A DNA stretch of 64,000 bases from Mobula hypostoma. Taxonomy: Eukaryota. The position numbers and the translations under genes are program-made. Numbering within the stretch: position 1 is the first letter of the stretch; every line of letters starts with the position of its first letter. Below are positions 13,755 through 24,934 of the stretch, one piece after another. Below the pieces are notes generated by a model. It saw only the letters and a list, made by a program, of their open reading frames with translations. It was not told where the DNA came from and made no database searches. The stretch covers positions 48,734,001 through 48,798,000 of the forward strand of contig NC_086108.1 in assembly GCF_963921235.1 (NCBI RefSeq). Direction: 5' to 3'.

Positions 13755-14281
13755 ACAGATGCTGGACGAAGACGCGATGCAGCCTGGAGAATGACTTTTC
13801 CAAGCACATTCACTCATGGGACTTCCTCGTGGCCACCTATTTTAATGCCACTTTGCATTCCAACATGCCAGTCCATGGCCTCTTCTACTGCCATGAGGCC
13901 ACTCTCAGATTAGAGAAACATCTTGTATTCCTTCTGGGTAGCCTTTAATCTGATGGCATAAACATCAATTTCTCTAATTTCTAGTAATTTCTTCCCCCCT
14001 CACCTCTTCCCACCCACGCATCACATCCCTCTGGTTCCCTACTCCCCAGCTTCTCACTTCATCTTCCTTCCCTTACCCAGATGCCTGAACCCTCACCTGG
14101 TTTCAACTATCACTTGCCAGCTTGTACTCTTGCCCTTCCCCCACCTTCTTATTCTGACTTTACTCCTTCTTTTCCAGTTCTGACGAAGGGTCTCAGCCTG
14201 AAAAGTTAACTCTTTATCTGTTTAATCCCCTCCAAGATGTTGCCGGACCTGCTGGGTACCTCCAGATTTTAATGTGTTGCA
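13755..14281 (+). mobile_element. Old Penelope-like element 3' fragment with decayed hammerhead (~14176-14211)
   Basis: Diverged GIY-YIG C-terminus (FLVATYFNA...LGSL) and pLTR containing ctgacgaagggtctcagcctgaaaag. Confidence 0.75.
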
Positions 14282-15939
14282 ATTTTATCACCATAAAGCA
14301 GTTGGTCACTAATATCACTGCCAGTTGCAGGCTACTGCATGACCAGACAGCAAATAGCTCATGAAGTGAATTCAGCTGCAGAGTTGGATGGTATGCTCAG
14401 AACATTAAAATCATTTGTGTTTAAAAGGAGAATAAACATATAGTTTTCTTATTATTACTTTCTTTATCTTATTGTGTTTTTATTGTGTTGATTGGATCGG
14501 GAGTACAATTATTCTATTCTCCTTTACACTTGTGTACAAGAAATGAGATTACACAACATTGAATACTGAATCTATAGTGGGGGAGTCTAGGACTGGGGGA
14601 GAGGGGGGCACAGCCTCAGAAGGATGTCTCCCTTTTACAGAGATGAGGAGGAAGGTCTTCGGCCAGAGACAGCTGTGGAGACCAAGTCATTGGGTATATT
14701 TAAAGCAAAGGTTGATAGATTCTTGATTAGTAAGGGAGAGGGGTGTCAGAAGTTACAGGGAGAAGGCAGGAGAATGGAGTTAAAGGGAGAATAAATCATC
14801 CATGATAGAATGGCAGATCAGACTCGATGGACCGAATGTCCTAATTCTGCTCCCATGGCTTATGGGGTTAGATCCACATGCTGGATGTATCATAAACCAC
14901 AAGACAGTCAACCTGAAGAGGCAGCAATTGTTAAACAGATACTTACAGAAGGGAATTTCAAAAATGCATAAAAGGCAAGAGGATACAAAATAAAATATGC
15001 AAATTATGAAGTACTATTTGCCCTACAAGAGAGAAGGAACGAAGGCAGTTTATGGGAACAGGGAGGGGAAATGTGACAACATTTTGGTAATTCTGATCAT
15101 AATTCAGTTGATTTGGCATTATTACTGAAAAGGACAAAGTGAGAGACAAGCAGCAAAATTTCTCATCTGGTTTATGGCCAACTGCAATTGACTGCAATTT
15201 GATTTTACACATGGAATAGGAATAGCTGAAGTTGATTTGGTCTCAGAAAACAGAATTGTGATTCTAAATTACTTCAGTGTTTCATGAACATATCTGAGGA
15301 GGAACAAGAAAAATACAATGGCAGGGAATTGGGTTGAGACGCTGTGGCAGGAAGTAGGATATATTAGGCCTTACTATTTCTAAAAAGTCTACTGATATCT
15401 TCACATATGCAAGTTAGTTAAACAAATAGAATTCAATTGGAAATCACGTATTTAATAATAGAAGACACAATTTGAACTAAATAACTAAAGAGCATGGATA
15501 CAAGCTAATATTTAGAATAAACGAGCAGTGGATGACATTCTTCATCTGGAAAAATATATACATGGGTTGGAATTAACTGCTTAAAACCATGAGATTTATT
15601 AAAGGTTCTTCGATGAACAGTGATCCTCAACATGTAAGATTTTGAACCATGTAGATAGAAAGTTAGGTGAGTCTCCAAATTGAGCACTCTTAACTACTTT
15701 GGCTTAAGGTGTCTAGGGTCCAGATTCTGCATTTTCTTTAAAATATACTCATGTTTAGCTAAGTTGTTGGTCATCTGCTCCAATCTGCCCATGTCAAAGT
15801 ACATTATTAGAATCACATATCCAACGTCTAAACAAATAAAATCAAGTTTTAATACACAGTATTGTTGATTTCATCCCCAATGTGAAAACTAAATGATAAC
15901 CTTAAATATTCTCATGAAAATCAAAGTTTCTTTGTTGAG

Positions 15940-16810
15940 CTACTTATCAGGAGACCACAGTTAGTGTTACCCTCACTGACCACCAACACAAGCATACTCC
16001 AAGGATGTGTGCTTAGCCCACTGCTCCAGTCCTCGACACTCATGACTGTGTGCTTCAGCACAGCTCAAACACCATCTATAAATTTAGCAACAACACTACT
16101 GCTATTAGTACAATCTCAGATGACAATGAGGAGGCATACAGGAACGAGACAGATCAATTGGTTGAGTGACACAACAGCAGCAGCAAGACTGAGGAACTGA
16201 CTGTGGACCTCAGGTAGGGAAAGTCAGGAAACACACACACCAGCCCTCATTGCGGGGTCAGGGCTGGAAAGAATGAGCAGTTTCAAGTTCTTGGGCATTG
16301 ACATCTCAAACGATCCATCCTGGGCACAGCAGAGTGAAGCAATCACATGCAGCAACTTGATTTCATTTGGAATTTGAGATTTGTTTCATCAACAAAGACT
16401 ACTGCAAAGTTCTATAAGTGTACTGTGGAAAGCCATACAGGTTGCATTGTAGGCTGGGTATGGATTGCAAGAGGGTGCGGAGAGTTACAAGACTCAGCCA
16501 GCTCCATCACGGACACAACCCTCCCGACCTTCCAGAATCTTCAAGAGACAATGCCTCAAAAAGGTAGCATCTATCAATAACAACTCACCATTGGGATATG
16601 CCCTCTTCTCATACATCCATCAGGGAGGAAGTACAGGAGCTTAAGAACACACACTTAATAATTTAAGAACAGCCACCACCAAGTTTCTGAATGGTTCATG
16701 AACTACCTTGATATTCCTTTATTGGACAACCTTTTTTTGCAATTTAGATTTTTACGACTTTGCACTATACTGCCGCCACAAAACAATAAATTTCATATTA
16801 TGTCAGTGGC
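15940..16810 (+). mobile_element. Rex1/Babar-type LINE fragment
   Basis: QGCVLSPLL and KFYKCTVESHTGCIVGW motifs; similar to 58412-59350. Confidence 0.75.
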
Positions 16811-17074
16811 AAGATTTTTTTCTTATTCTGAAGCTTGTGGTGGGAACCAGATGATTTAATGAAATATCAGAAACTGCTAAATTATGCAGAATAAAAATGT
16901 GATTAAAATCTCTAAAAACTCAACCACTAATACAGATGAAATAATATTATTTGCCATTTTAAATGTTTACTCTATTTTTCACTGTATTACACCAACATTA
17001 ACACCAGTATAAATCCAGATAAATCAACGTTTAAGATGAGTAAATAGAACACAAGTGCTGCGGTCCCTCCTTAC

Positions 17075-17226
17075 CTGTTTTAGTGCTGTCCTTGATTGAA
17101 CAAGTTCTGCAGACTCGACTGTAGGAACTGGAACTGGTGTGGAGGTCAACTGTGGCAATTGTTTTGTTTGACCTGGAGACCGTTTTGGAGTGGATGATAT
17201 TAAAGGCATCTCTTCTGTTGTATTTC
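17075..17226 (-). CDS. TPR: TPR exon 16 (152 nt)
   Basis: GNTTEEMPLISSTPKRSPGQTKQLPQLTSTPVPVPTVESAELVQSRTALKQ; donor GTAAGG; acceptor has a poor pyrimidine tract, so its position is less certain. Confidence 0.85.
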
Positions 17227-17372
17227 CTAATTTTGGGTGACAGCACGGGTAAACCACATCTTAATAGGTCTTTTAAAATATCTTAAAATTGACCACATGG
17301 CAAGTTTCCAACCAGTATAGATTTAAACAAGTCAATTAGCCTCCTCATGGGTTGTAAATCCATGATTCTTTA

Positions 17373-18422
17373 CATAGAACATAGAATAGTACAGCACATT
17401 ACAGGCCCTTCGGCCCACAACGTTGTGCCCACCCTCAAACCCTGCCTCCCATATAACCACCCACCTTAAATTCCTCCATATACCTGTCTAGTAGTCTCTT
17501 AAACTTCACTAGTGTATCTGCCTCCACCACTGACTCAGGTAGTGCATTCCACGCACTAACCACTCTCTGAGTAAAAAACTTTCCTCTAATATCCCCCTTG
17601 AACTTCCCACCCCTTACCTTAAAGCCATGTCCTCTTGTATTGAGCAGTGGTGCCCTGGGGAAGAGGCGCTGGCTATCCACTCTATCTATTCCTCTTATTA
17701 TCTTGTACACCTCTATCATGTCTCCTCTCATCCTCTTCTCTCCAAAGAGTAAAGCCCTAGCTCCCTTAATCTCTGAACATAAAGCATTCTCTCTAAACCA
17801 GGCAGCATCCTGGTAAATCTCCTCTGTACCCTTTCCAATACTTCCATATCCTTCCTATAGTGAGGCGACCAGAACTGGACACAGTACTCCAAGCAAGGCC
17901 TAACCAGAGTTTTATAGAGCTGCATCATTACATCGCGACTCTTAAACTCTATCCTTCAACTTATGAAAGCTAACACCACATAAGCTTTCTTAACTACCCC
18001 ATCCACCTGAGAGGCAACTTTCAGGGATCTGTGGACATGTACCCCCAGATCCTTCTGCTCCTCCACACTACCAAGCATCCTGCCATTTACTTTGTACTCT
18101 GCCTTGGAGTTTGTCCTTCCAAAGTGTACCACCTCACACTTCTCTGGGTTGAACTCCATCTGCCACTTCTCAGCCCACTTCTGCATCCTATCAATGTCTC
18201 TCTGCAGTCTTCGACAATCCTCTACACTATCTACAACACCACCAACCTTTGTGTTGTCTGCAAACTTGCCAACCTACCCTTCTACCCCCACATCCAGGTC
18301 GTTAATAAAAATCACAAAAAGTAGAGGTCCCAGAACAGATCCTTGTGGGACACCACTAGTCACAATCCTCCAATCTGAATGTACTCCCTCCACCACGACC
18401 CTCTGCCTTCTGCAGGCAAGCC
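17373..18422 (-). mobile_element. Relatively young CR1-clade LINE 3' fragment
   Basis: Near-continuous ORF2 C-terminus (WAEKWQMEFNPEKCEVVHFG, LYKTLVRPCLEYCVQFWSPHY, MRGDMIEVYKI); (TTCTATG)n-like 3' tail. Confidence 0.92.
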
Positions 18423-19962
18423 ATATCAATTTTTTCATATCAATCACAGGAAATCCTAATTTAAATTAGCCCATGCATACGTCAAGTCTGCACCTTGATC
18501 ATATCCCCTCAAACCTTCTTGCTCCATAAGCTCAGTTCACCTGATTTTTTAGCTGCATTAGTGCCAAAAAGCTAAGCTTAGCCTACATCACCTCATAAAT
18601 AAATTTCTCCAGCAGTGAAAACATCGTCAAATATGCTCCGTACCCTCTGTGGCTTAGACCTTCCTGTAGTCAGGGTTAATTTATAGTACTCATTTCCTCT
18701 ACAAAACATACTCATGTTTTCTGCTCTCAGATTTTATTCTTCCTCTTCCTCAAAGGTAAAAACCACCTTTGATTTTTTTCTTGCCAATATTTTTACATGC
18801 ACTATTTGCCTTCCAAATATCCTTTAGTTCATTCCTACACCTTTTGCTTCTACAAGCTTTGTGAAATAGCTAACCCTTGTTGGGTCCAAGGGAAAGGGTT
18901 ATATTCAAGCGACCAGTCATTTTCATAATGGAAACAAACCCAAAACTTTCAGTCTCAATCATCAAATGCCTCAACGCACTCTGACCAATTTACTGAAACT
19001 TACTGAGAATGACACAAGAAACATTTGACACATTGTCCTTCTGGAAACCACTATGGACCAATTTCTGTGCAAACTATTCCAGTTACCTTATTTCTCTGCA
19101 CCACTACAATCTATTCTCATTGTCACATGCACATCAACTTACTTTTATTCTTGTCCTATACTGAGGGAAAATTTTCAGTACCAATCAATCTACTGCTACA
19201 ACTTGGATGCGAACGAAACAGTGTTATAGAGAAAATATGCAATTTCACAGATAGAACCTGGAGATCCTTGGAACATTAATTGCAATGCAATTGTGCTACT
19301 CAACTACTTTCTAGTTTCTACTTCCAATGCATTTTGCTTGCTTATTCTAATTATTCACACATACCACTTTTTTACCTTTGCCCTTTTGTGTAATAATGCC
19401 AAATAAACTGAATTTTAAGTCATCACCATTACCCCTTGTCCAACTTCATCCTGAAGTGCTTGTTATCTGATTTAAATATTTGAAATTCATTTTACATGTT
19501 CTACTTTTGTTTCAATTAAATGTTGCGATCTCTCTCTGCCTATTTTGCTTGTTGAGCACTCTAGACTTTAAGCCAACATGCTTCTGGACTGATATACAAG
19601 CATTTTCTAACTCTTCACTGGCCTAATAAGCTCCAGCTAATTCAAACTCTCACACTTTACCCTCCAATAAATACTCTAAAGAGCCTTGCTTCCCTAGATT
19701 CCTTTAATAACTGATTTTGTCGCATCACAAAGTTGAAAATAATTTTTCTTCATTGCTTTTAAGTATTCTGGTGACATTTTTCTATCAGTTCACAACACAA
19801 GTAACTGATTTTCTTCCAATGCTTTTCAGAAACAAGTACATATGTCCCATTCATTCCTCTGACACTGCCCATGAATAACAAAAAAAAATGCACAAAATCT
19901 CACTTTGTGAATTACTCAGCATGCCATGCAAATTAAATAACATTTGGTAATTCTCTCCTTAC

Positions 19963-20126
19963 CCTGTGTTGGTATTGTCACTCCAGTCATCTGTGTAAGC
20001 AGCGTACGGTACATGTCCCGCTGCCGAACAATTGATTCCACTAATTGCATCTGATGACTTCTGGCTTCACGAAGGCGTTCAAGTTCACTCAGAGCCTCTG
20101 CAAGATTCAGCTGAAGTTCGGAAATT
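19963..20126 (-). CDS. TPR: TPR exon 15 (164 nt)
   Basis: [63 protein letters not shown]. Confidence 0.96.
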
Positions 20127-21259
20127 CTGCAGTTCAAAGAGATTATTAATTCTACCTATTGAATTACTTCTAAAAAAGACAACTTTGATGGGTAACATTT
20201 AGAGTCTAACGGAATTAAATGTTTTGTCTAACTGTTAGACAAAACACTACCTCTAGACCAATAAGGGAGCAGCGGGGATATGCTGATGACAAACTTAACC
20301 CAGAGACATGAGACAACAGAGAACTGGTCTTTAACAGAGAGACAATGAGGTTTTGAGGGTAAGAGGGACTGATGTTGATAATGCTAAATCCAATCTGTTA
20401 CGATGCAATTACTGGGAATATATCAGCAGAGTATGCTGCCAGGAAGTATCCAAAGTTAAAATAAAGGTATAGTGTGAAGTTACAGTGAAGCCATAAAGGG
20501 ATTTAGTGGATTATGAAATTGATTCATTAATTCATAGGAAATGAAAGTTCATTTGGGAAATTTCATATTAAAACAAGCAGTCATCTCTGGCTTGCATGTA
20601 CTGAGCAGATGCTAATTATCCTGCTAGGTGTTGCCAACATTGGCCTTAATTTCAATTCCAGCTACTATTGCTTCTACGTCTCATTTCCACCATTTCCCTC
20701 TCTGTGTTCTCATTCATCTTTCAGCTAGATCCAAAGATTCAAAGATTCTAAGTCAATTCATCATCAACAAACGTACAAATTATAAAACCTGGAGATTTGT
20801 TTGCTTAACAGGTAGTCGCAAAGCACGGAATCCGAAAGAACCCAACTTAAAAGGAAATATGACCAACCACCAGTGCCCAGAGGTTTAAAAAAAAAACATG
20901 CAGTTAGAAATGAGCAACAACAGCAATCCAAACAAAATTGAGCTCTTAGGTCCAAACCACCGGAGCAGCTCGGAGCAGGCTTAAAGCCGCAGCACTCAGT
21001 TCACATATTTGATGCAACCGCTCCAGAGTTAATAAATAAGCCTTCACCACCAGCTCTCTGCTTGCACCAATACCATGTGCATCATTCAGGTTCACTTGGA
21101 CTCCACTGTTTATTTTGATTTCCTTAACACTCGAGATGCTCTTTATCAACTACAGCTTAATATTTAATACAATCATCCCACAAAACTAATAAGCTTCAAG
21201 ACCTTGGCCTCAATACTTCCTTGTGCGAATGGATCAATGATTTCCTCACTTGTAGGCCC

Positions 21260-22515
21260 CAAATAGTTCAGATTGGCAACAACATCTCCTGTACAACAGC
21301 ACAGATGCACAAGGCTGCATGCTTAGCCCCTGCTCTACTTGCTTTATTCTGAAGACAGTTCCAATGCCATATTTAGCTTGCTAACAACACCACAGTTATT
21401 GGCCAAATCAAAGGTGGTGACAGACCAGCACATAAGAAGGAGATTGAAAATCTAGCTGAATGATGCCACAACAACAAACTTTCCCTCAATGTCAGCAAGA
21501 CCAAGGAGATGATTATTGACTTCATGAGGAAGAAACCAAAGGTCCATGAACCAATCGATCAGAGGATCAGGCGATCAGAAGTGGAGAGGATCAACAGCTT
21601 TAAATTCCTTGGTGTTATAATTTCAGAGGACCGGTCCTGGATCCACCACATAGGTGCATTATGAATAAGTACCCCTACTTGCTTAGAAGTTTGCGAAGAT
21701 TCGGTATGTCATCTAAAATGCTAACTTCCATAATGTGTGGTTGAGAGCATCTTAACTGGTTGCATCACAGACTGGTATGGAAACACCAATGCCCTTGTAC
21801 GGAAAGGCCTAGAAACAGTAGTGGATACAGCCCAGTCCTTCATGATTAAAACCTTCCCCACCACTGAGCTCATCTACATGGAGCGCTGTAGCAGGAAAGC
21901 AGCATTTGCCTCAAGGACTCCAGCCACCTAGACAATGCTGTCTTCTCACTGCTGCCATCAGGATGGGGAAACAGGAGCCTCAGCACCCACACCAGCAAGT
22001 TCAGGAACCGTTATTACCCCTCAACCATCAGGCTCTTGAACCATTGTTTACATTTACATCAATTATATTGTAATTTGTCCTTTACTGTGCCTATTGTCTT
22101 GTTTGTTAATTATTGTACTGTCATGTACTGTTTTGTGCACTTTATGTAGTCCCATATAGGCCTGAAGTCTAGCGTAGTTTTGTGTTGTTTCACGTAGCAC
22201 CATGGTCCTGGAGGATCATTGTTTCGTTTTTACTGTGTACTATACCAGCAGTTATGGTTGAAATGGCAATAAAAACGACTTGACTTGACTTGACTTGAAC
22301 TTCACTCACCCCATCACTGAAATGTTCCCAGAACCCATGAATTCACTTTCAAGGACTCGTCATCTCATGTTCTCGATAATTTTTTTTATTTATTATTATT
22401 ATTATTACTTCATTTTCCTCTAATTATATTGTGTTTCTTGTATTTATTGTGTATGTCTACAATCTCAGGCTTGTATATGGTGACATATATGTACTTTGAT
22501 AATAAATTTACTTTG
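21260..22515 (+). mobile_element. Rex1/Babar-type LINE fragment, with a second LINE 3' tail ending in (GACTT)n at ~22277
   Basis: VESILTGCITDWYGN motif; 3' UTR matches 61500-62100. Confidence 0.75.
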
Positions 22516-22832
22516 ATCTGCTCCAAGCTCTGACAAAAGATCATTGATTTGTAACATTTTTTCCTCCAGTCCAATGCAGCTTAGTATAACTATTTCCAGC
22601 ATATTCTTGCTTTTATGCTAGATTCCAGCAGAAACATTTGAAAAACTGGAGTCATCTTTCAGAATATGTCCAAAGTACCAATTAAATATACAAACGTTTG
22701 TAGAAGAAATTCTTCTCTGTGTGGAACGCAGAGATAAAACTGATACAAACACAGACACAGAGGTGTAAGGAAGCAACACACAAAGTTGCTGGTGAACACA
22801 GCAGGCCAGGCAGCATCTCTAGGAAGAGGTAC

Positions 22833-22868
22833 AGTCGACGTTTCGGGCCGAGACCCTTCGTCAGGACT
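22833..22868 (-). ncRNA. Minimal type-I hammerhead ribozyme (PLE pLTR), sense to TPR pre-mRNA
   Basis: AGUC-CUGACGA-A-GGGU(CUCG)GCCC-GAAA-CG-UC|GACU: core, stem I (AGUC/GACU), stem II and palindromic mini stem III (ACGU) are all intact. Confidence 0.85.
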
Positions 22869-23262
22869 AACTGAAGGAAGAGCTAGTAAGAGATTTGAAA
22901 GTGGGAGGGGGAGGGAGAGATCCAAAATGATAGGAGAAGACAGGAGGGGGAGGGATGGAGCCAAGAGCTGGACAGTTGATTGGCAAAAGGAATATGAGAG
23001 GATCATGGGACAGGAGGCCCAGGGAGAAAGAAAAGGGGGAGAGGGGGAAAAATCCCAGAGGATGGGCAAGGGGGTATAGTGAGAGGGACAGAGGGAGAAA
23101 AAGGAGAGAGAGAGAGAAAGAATGTGTGTATATAAATAAATAACGGATGGGGTACGATGGGGAGGTGGGGCATCAGCGGAAGTTTGAGAAGCTTCTCCTA
23201 TCATTTTGGATCTCCCCTTCCCCCTCCCACTTTCAAATCTCTTACTAGCTCTTCTTTCAGTT

Positions 23263-23298
23263 AGTCCTGACGAAGGGTCTCGGCCCGAAACGTCGACT
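23263..23298 (+). ncRNA. Minimal hammerhead ribozyme (PLE pLTR)
   Basis: agtcCTGACGAagggtctcggcccGAAAcGTCgact, intact. Confidence 0.85.
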
Positions 23299-23481
23299 GT
23301 ACCTCTTCCTAGAGATGCTGCCTGGCCTGCTGCGTTCACCAGCAACTTTGATGTGTGTTGCTTGAATTTCCAGCATCTGCATAATTCCTCATGTTTGTGG
23401 TGTAAGGAAAGCAACTTTTCAACTGGTTTGAGGTGTTTACAGATTAACAACCAACAAGTCATCAGCAATTAAACAACTTAC

Positions 23482-23708
23482 TGCGAAGAAGTTTGTTCCT
23501 GCTCTTCCTTTTCCTGTTTTTCAGCAAGTTCACGAACAGTCACCAGTAGTTGTTGATTTTGTTGTTGCAGTTCCTCAACACTACGATAGGTCACCAGGTG
23601 CTGAGAAATTACCTCAGAGGAACTGCTTATGTTGGCAGAACTAACTTCATCTTCACGTAAAATATGATTTCCTCGTGCATCTTCCAGCTCCATCAGAAGA
23701 ATTCTATT
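23482..23708 (-). CDS. TPR: TPR exon 14 (227 nt)
   Basis: [55 protein letters not shown]...EQTSS; CAG/GTAAGT. Confidence 0.96.
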
Positions 23709-24102
23709 CTGAATCACGAGCACAAACATATCCACGTCAGATGAGAAGCAATGGCACATGGATATAACTGCTCCATTAGATCTAAGTAAATTAAATTTTC
23801 AAACATACAAAAGCTCATCTAATGCACAGCAATAGGCCATTCAGCAGATGAAAGAAAGTATATTCTCTTCCTAACAACACTAGGTGTACCTACATTTCAG
23901 GAACGTCAGCAGTTCAAGAAGGCAGCTCATCACCACCTTCTCAAGGGCAACTAGCAATGGGCAATGAACGCTAGCTTAGCTGGTGACACCCGCATCCCGT
24001 AAGTGAATTTTTTAAAATTTAGAGCTGTAGACACCGTAGCAGCTGTAGCTGCTTTGACTTACTGGCATGACAATAAAATGTAACATAATGCTAAATACTA
24101 AC

Positions 24103-24210
24103 CTGCTGTGAAAGATCTGACACTTGCATTTTGTATCTCTGGTTCTCTCTACTAAGCAATGACGCTTGCTTATTCGCTTCATCAGTACATTTTTGTAAAC
24201 GTCGAATTTC
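24103..24210 (-). CDS. TPR: TPR exon 13 (108 nt)
   Basis: EIRRLQKCTDEANKQASLLSRENQRYKMQVSDLSQQ; TAG/GTTAGT. Confidence 0.94.
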
Positions 24211-24674
24211 CTACAGAAGCAGATTTTATCAATGTAATTCACTTTAATACAATTCTTTTACAACATAAATTAGCTTGCATAGCATTTTTAAAGGAATGTT
24301 TAAACAAAGACAATTTTTCCCCAAGAACTGCTTTTAAAATATGGATCAATAAGAATCAATTGTTGTGATAAAGTTTCACAAAACTATTTTGTCCAGATTA
24401 TGCACAGACGATATTCATTATTGAAAAGGAAACAGCTAATACCCAGCTTCCTACCATTGTGCCTTTGTACAGCCTTACAGAACCACAGTTGCACAGCGGA
24501 GAAACGGGTTGTTCAGGCCACCACATACATGCCAACATTCTTGCCCATCTATAGCAATCCCATTTGCTTGTACCAGCTTTATTTTTCTATTTATATTTTC
24601 AAACTGCAGTTATTTGTGGTCAGAAAATGTCTTCAAACCAAGTAATAGTTAAGGAAGTACAGAACAAAAGTTAC

Positions 24675-24872
24675 CTTCATGGCATCTTCTAATTTAGCTG
24701 AAAGATTTGCTACAGCTTTTTGCACACGTTCATATTCTTCACGCTGACGCTTCAGAAGTGGAGCTTTCATCTCTACCTCTTTTACAATTTCATCCAAATA
24801 TTTATTAACTCTCTTATTTTCCTGCTTTGCCAATAGCAACTGATCTTGAGCTTCAACATACCCATTATATAA
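24675..24872 (-). CDS. TPR: TPR exon 12 (198 nt)
   Basis: [75 protein letters not shown]. Confidence 0.96.
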
Positions 24873-24934
24873 CTGTGGAAACATTAAGCAAGCATTTTAT
24901 TTCATCGAAATTACACTTATACATTCTTATTCCA

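Larger units (their letters stand above)
22773..23398. mobile_element. Fold-back Penelope-like insertion (two pLTRs in inverted orientation)
   Basis: Arm ~22771-22939 is the reverse complement of ~23192-23363; 11-bp TSD GGTGTAAGGAA at 22762-22772 and 23399-23409. Confidence 0.92.

Noticed and set aside
22659..23472. Recurrent ORFs such as MLVNAAGQAASLGRGTVDVSGRDPSSGLTEG and SPDEGSRPETSTVPLPRDAAWPAAF as a small protein family
   Set aside because: They are translations of the non-coding pLTR and hammerhead on both strands; the recurrence reflects repeat copies
23900..24015. Possible snoRNA or conserved ncRNA in intron 13
   Set aside because: It resembles a LINE/SINE 3' tail (GTTCAAGAAGGCAGCTCA...CACCTTCTCAAGGGCAA) and has no convincing C/D or H/ACA box arrangement
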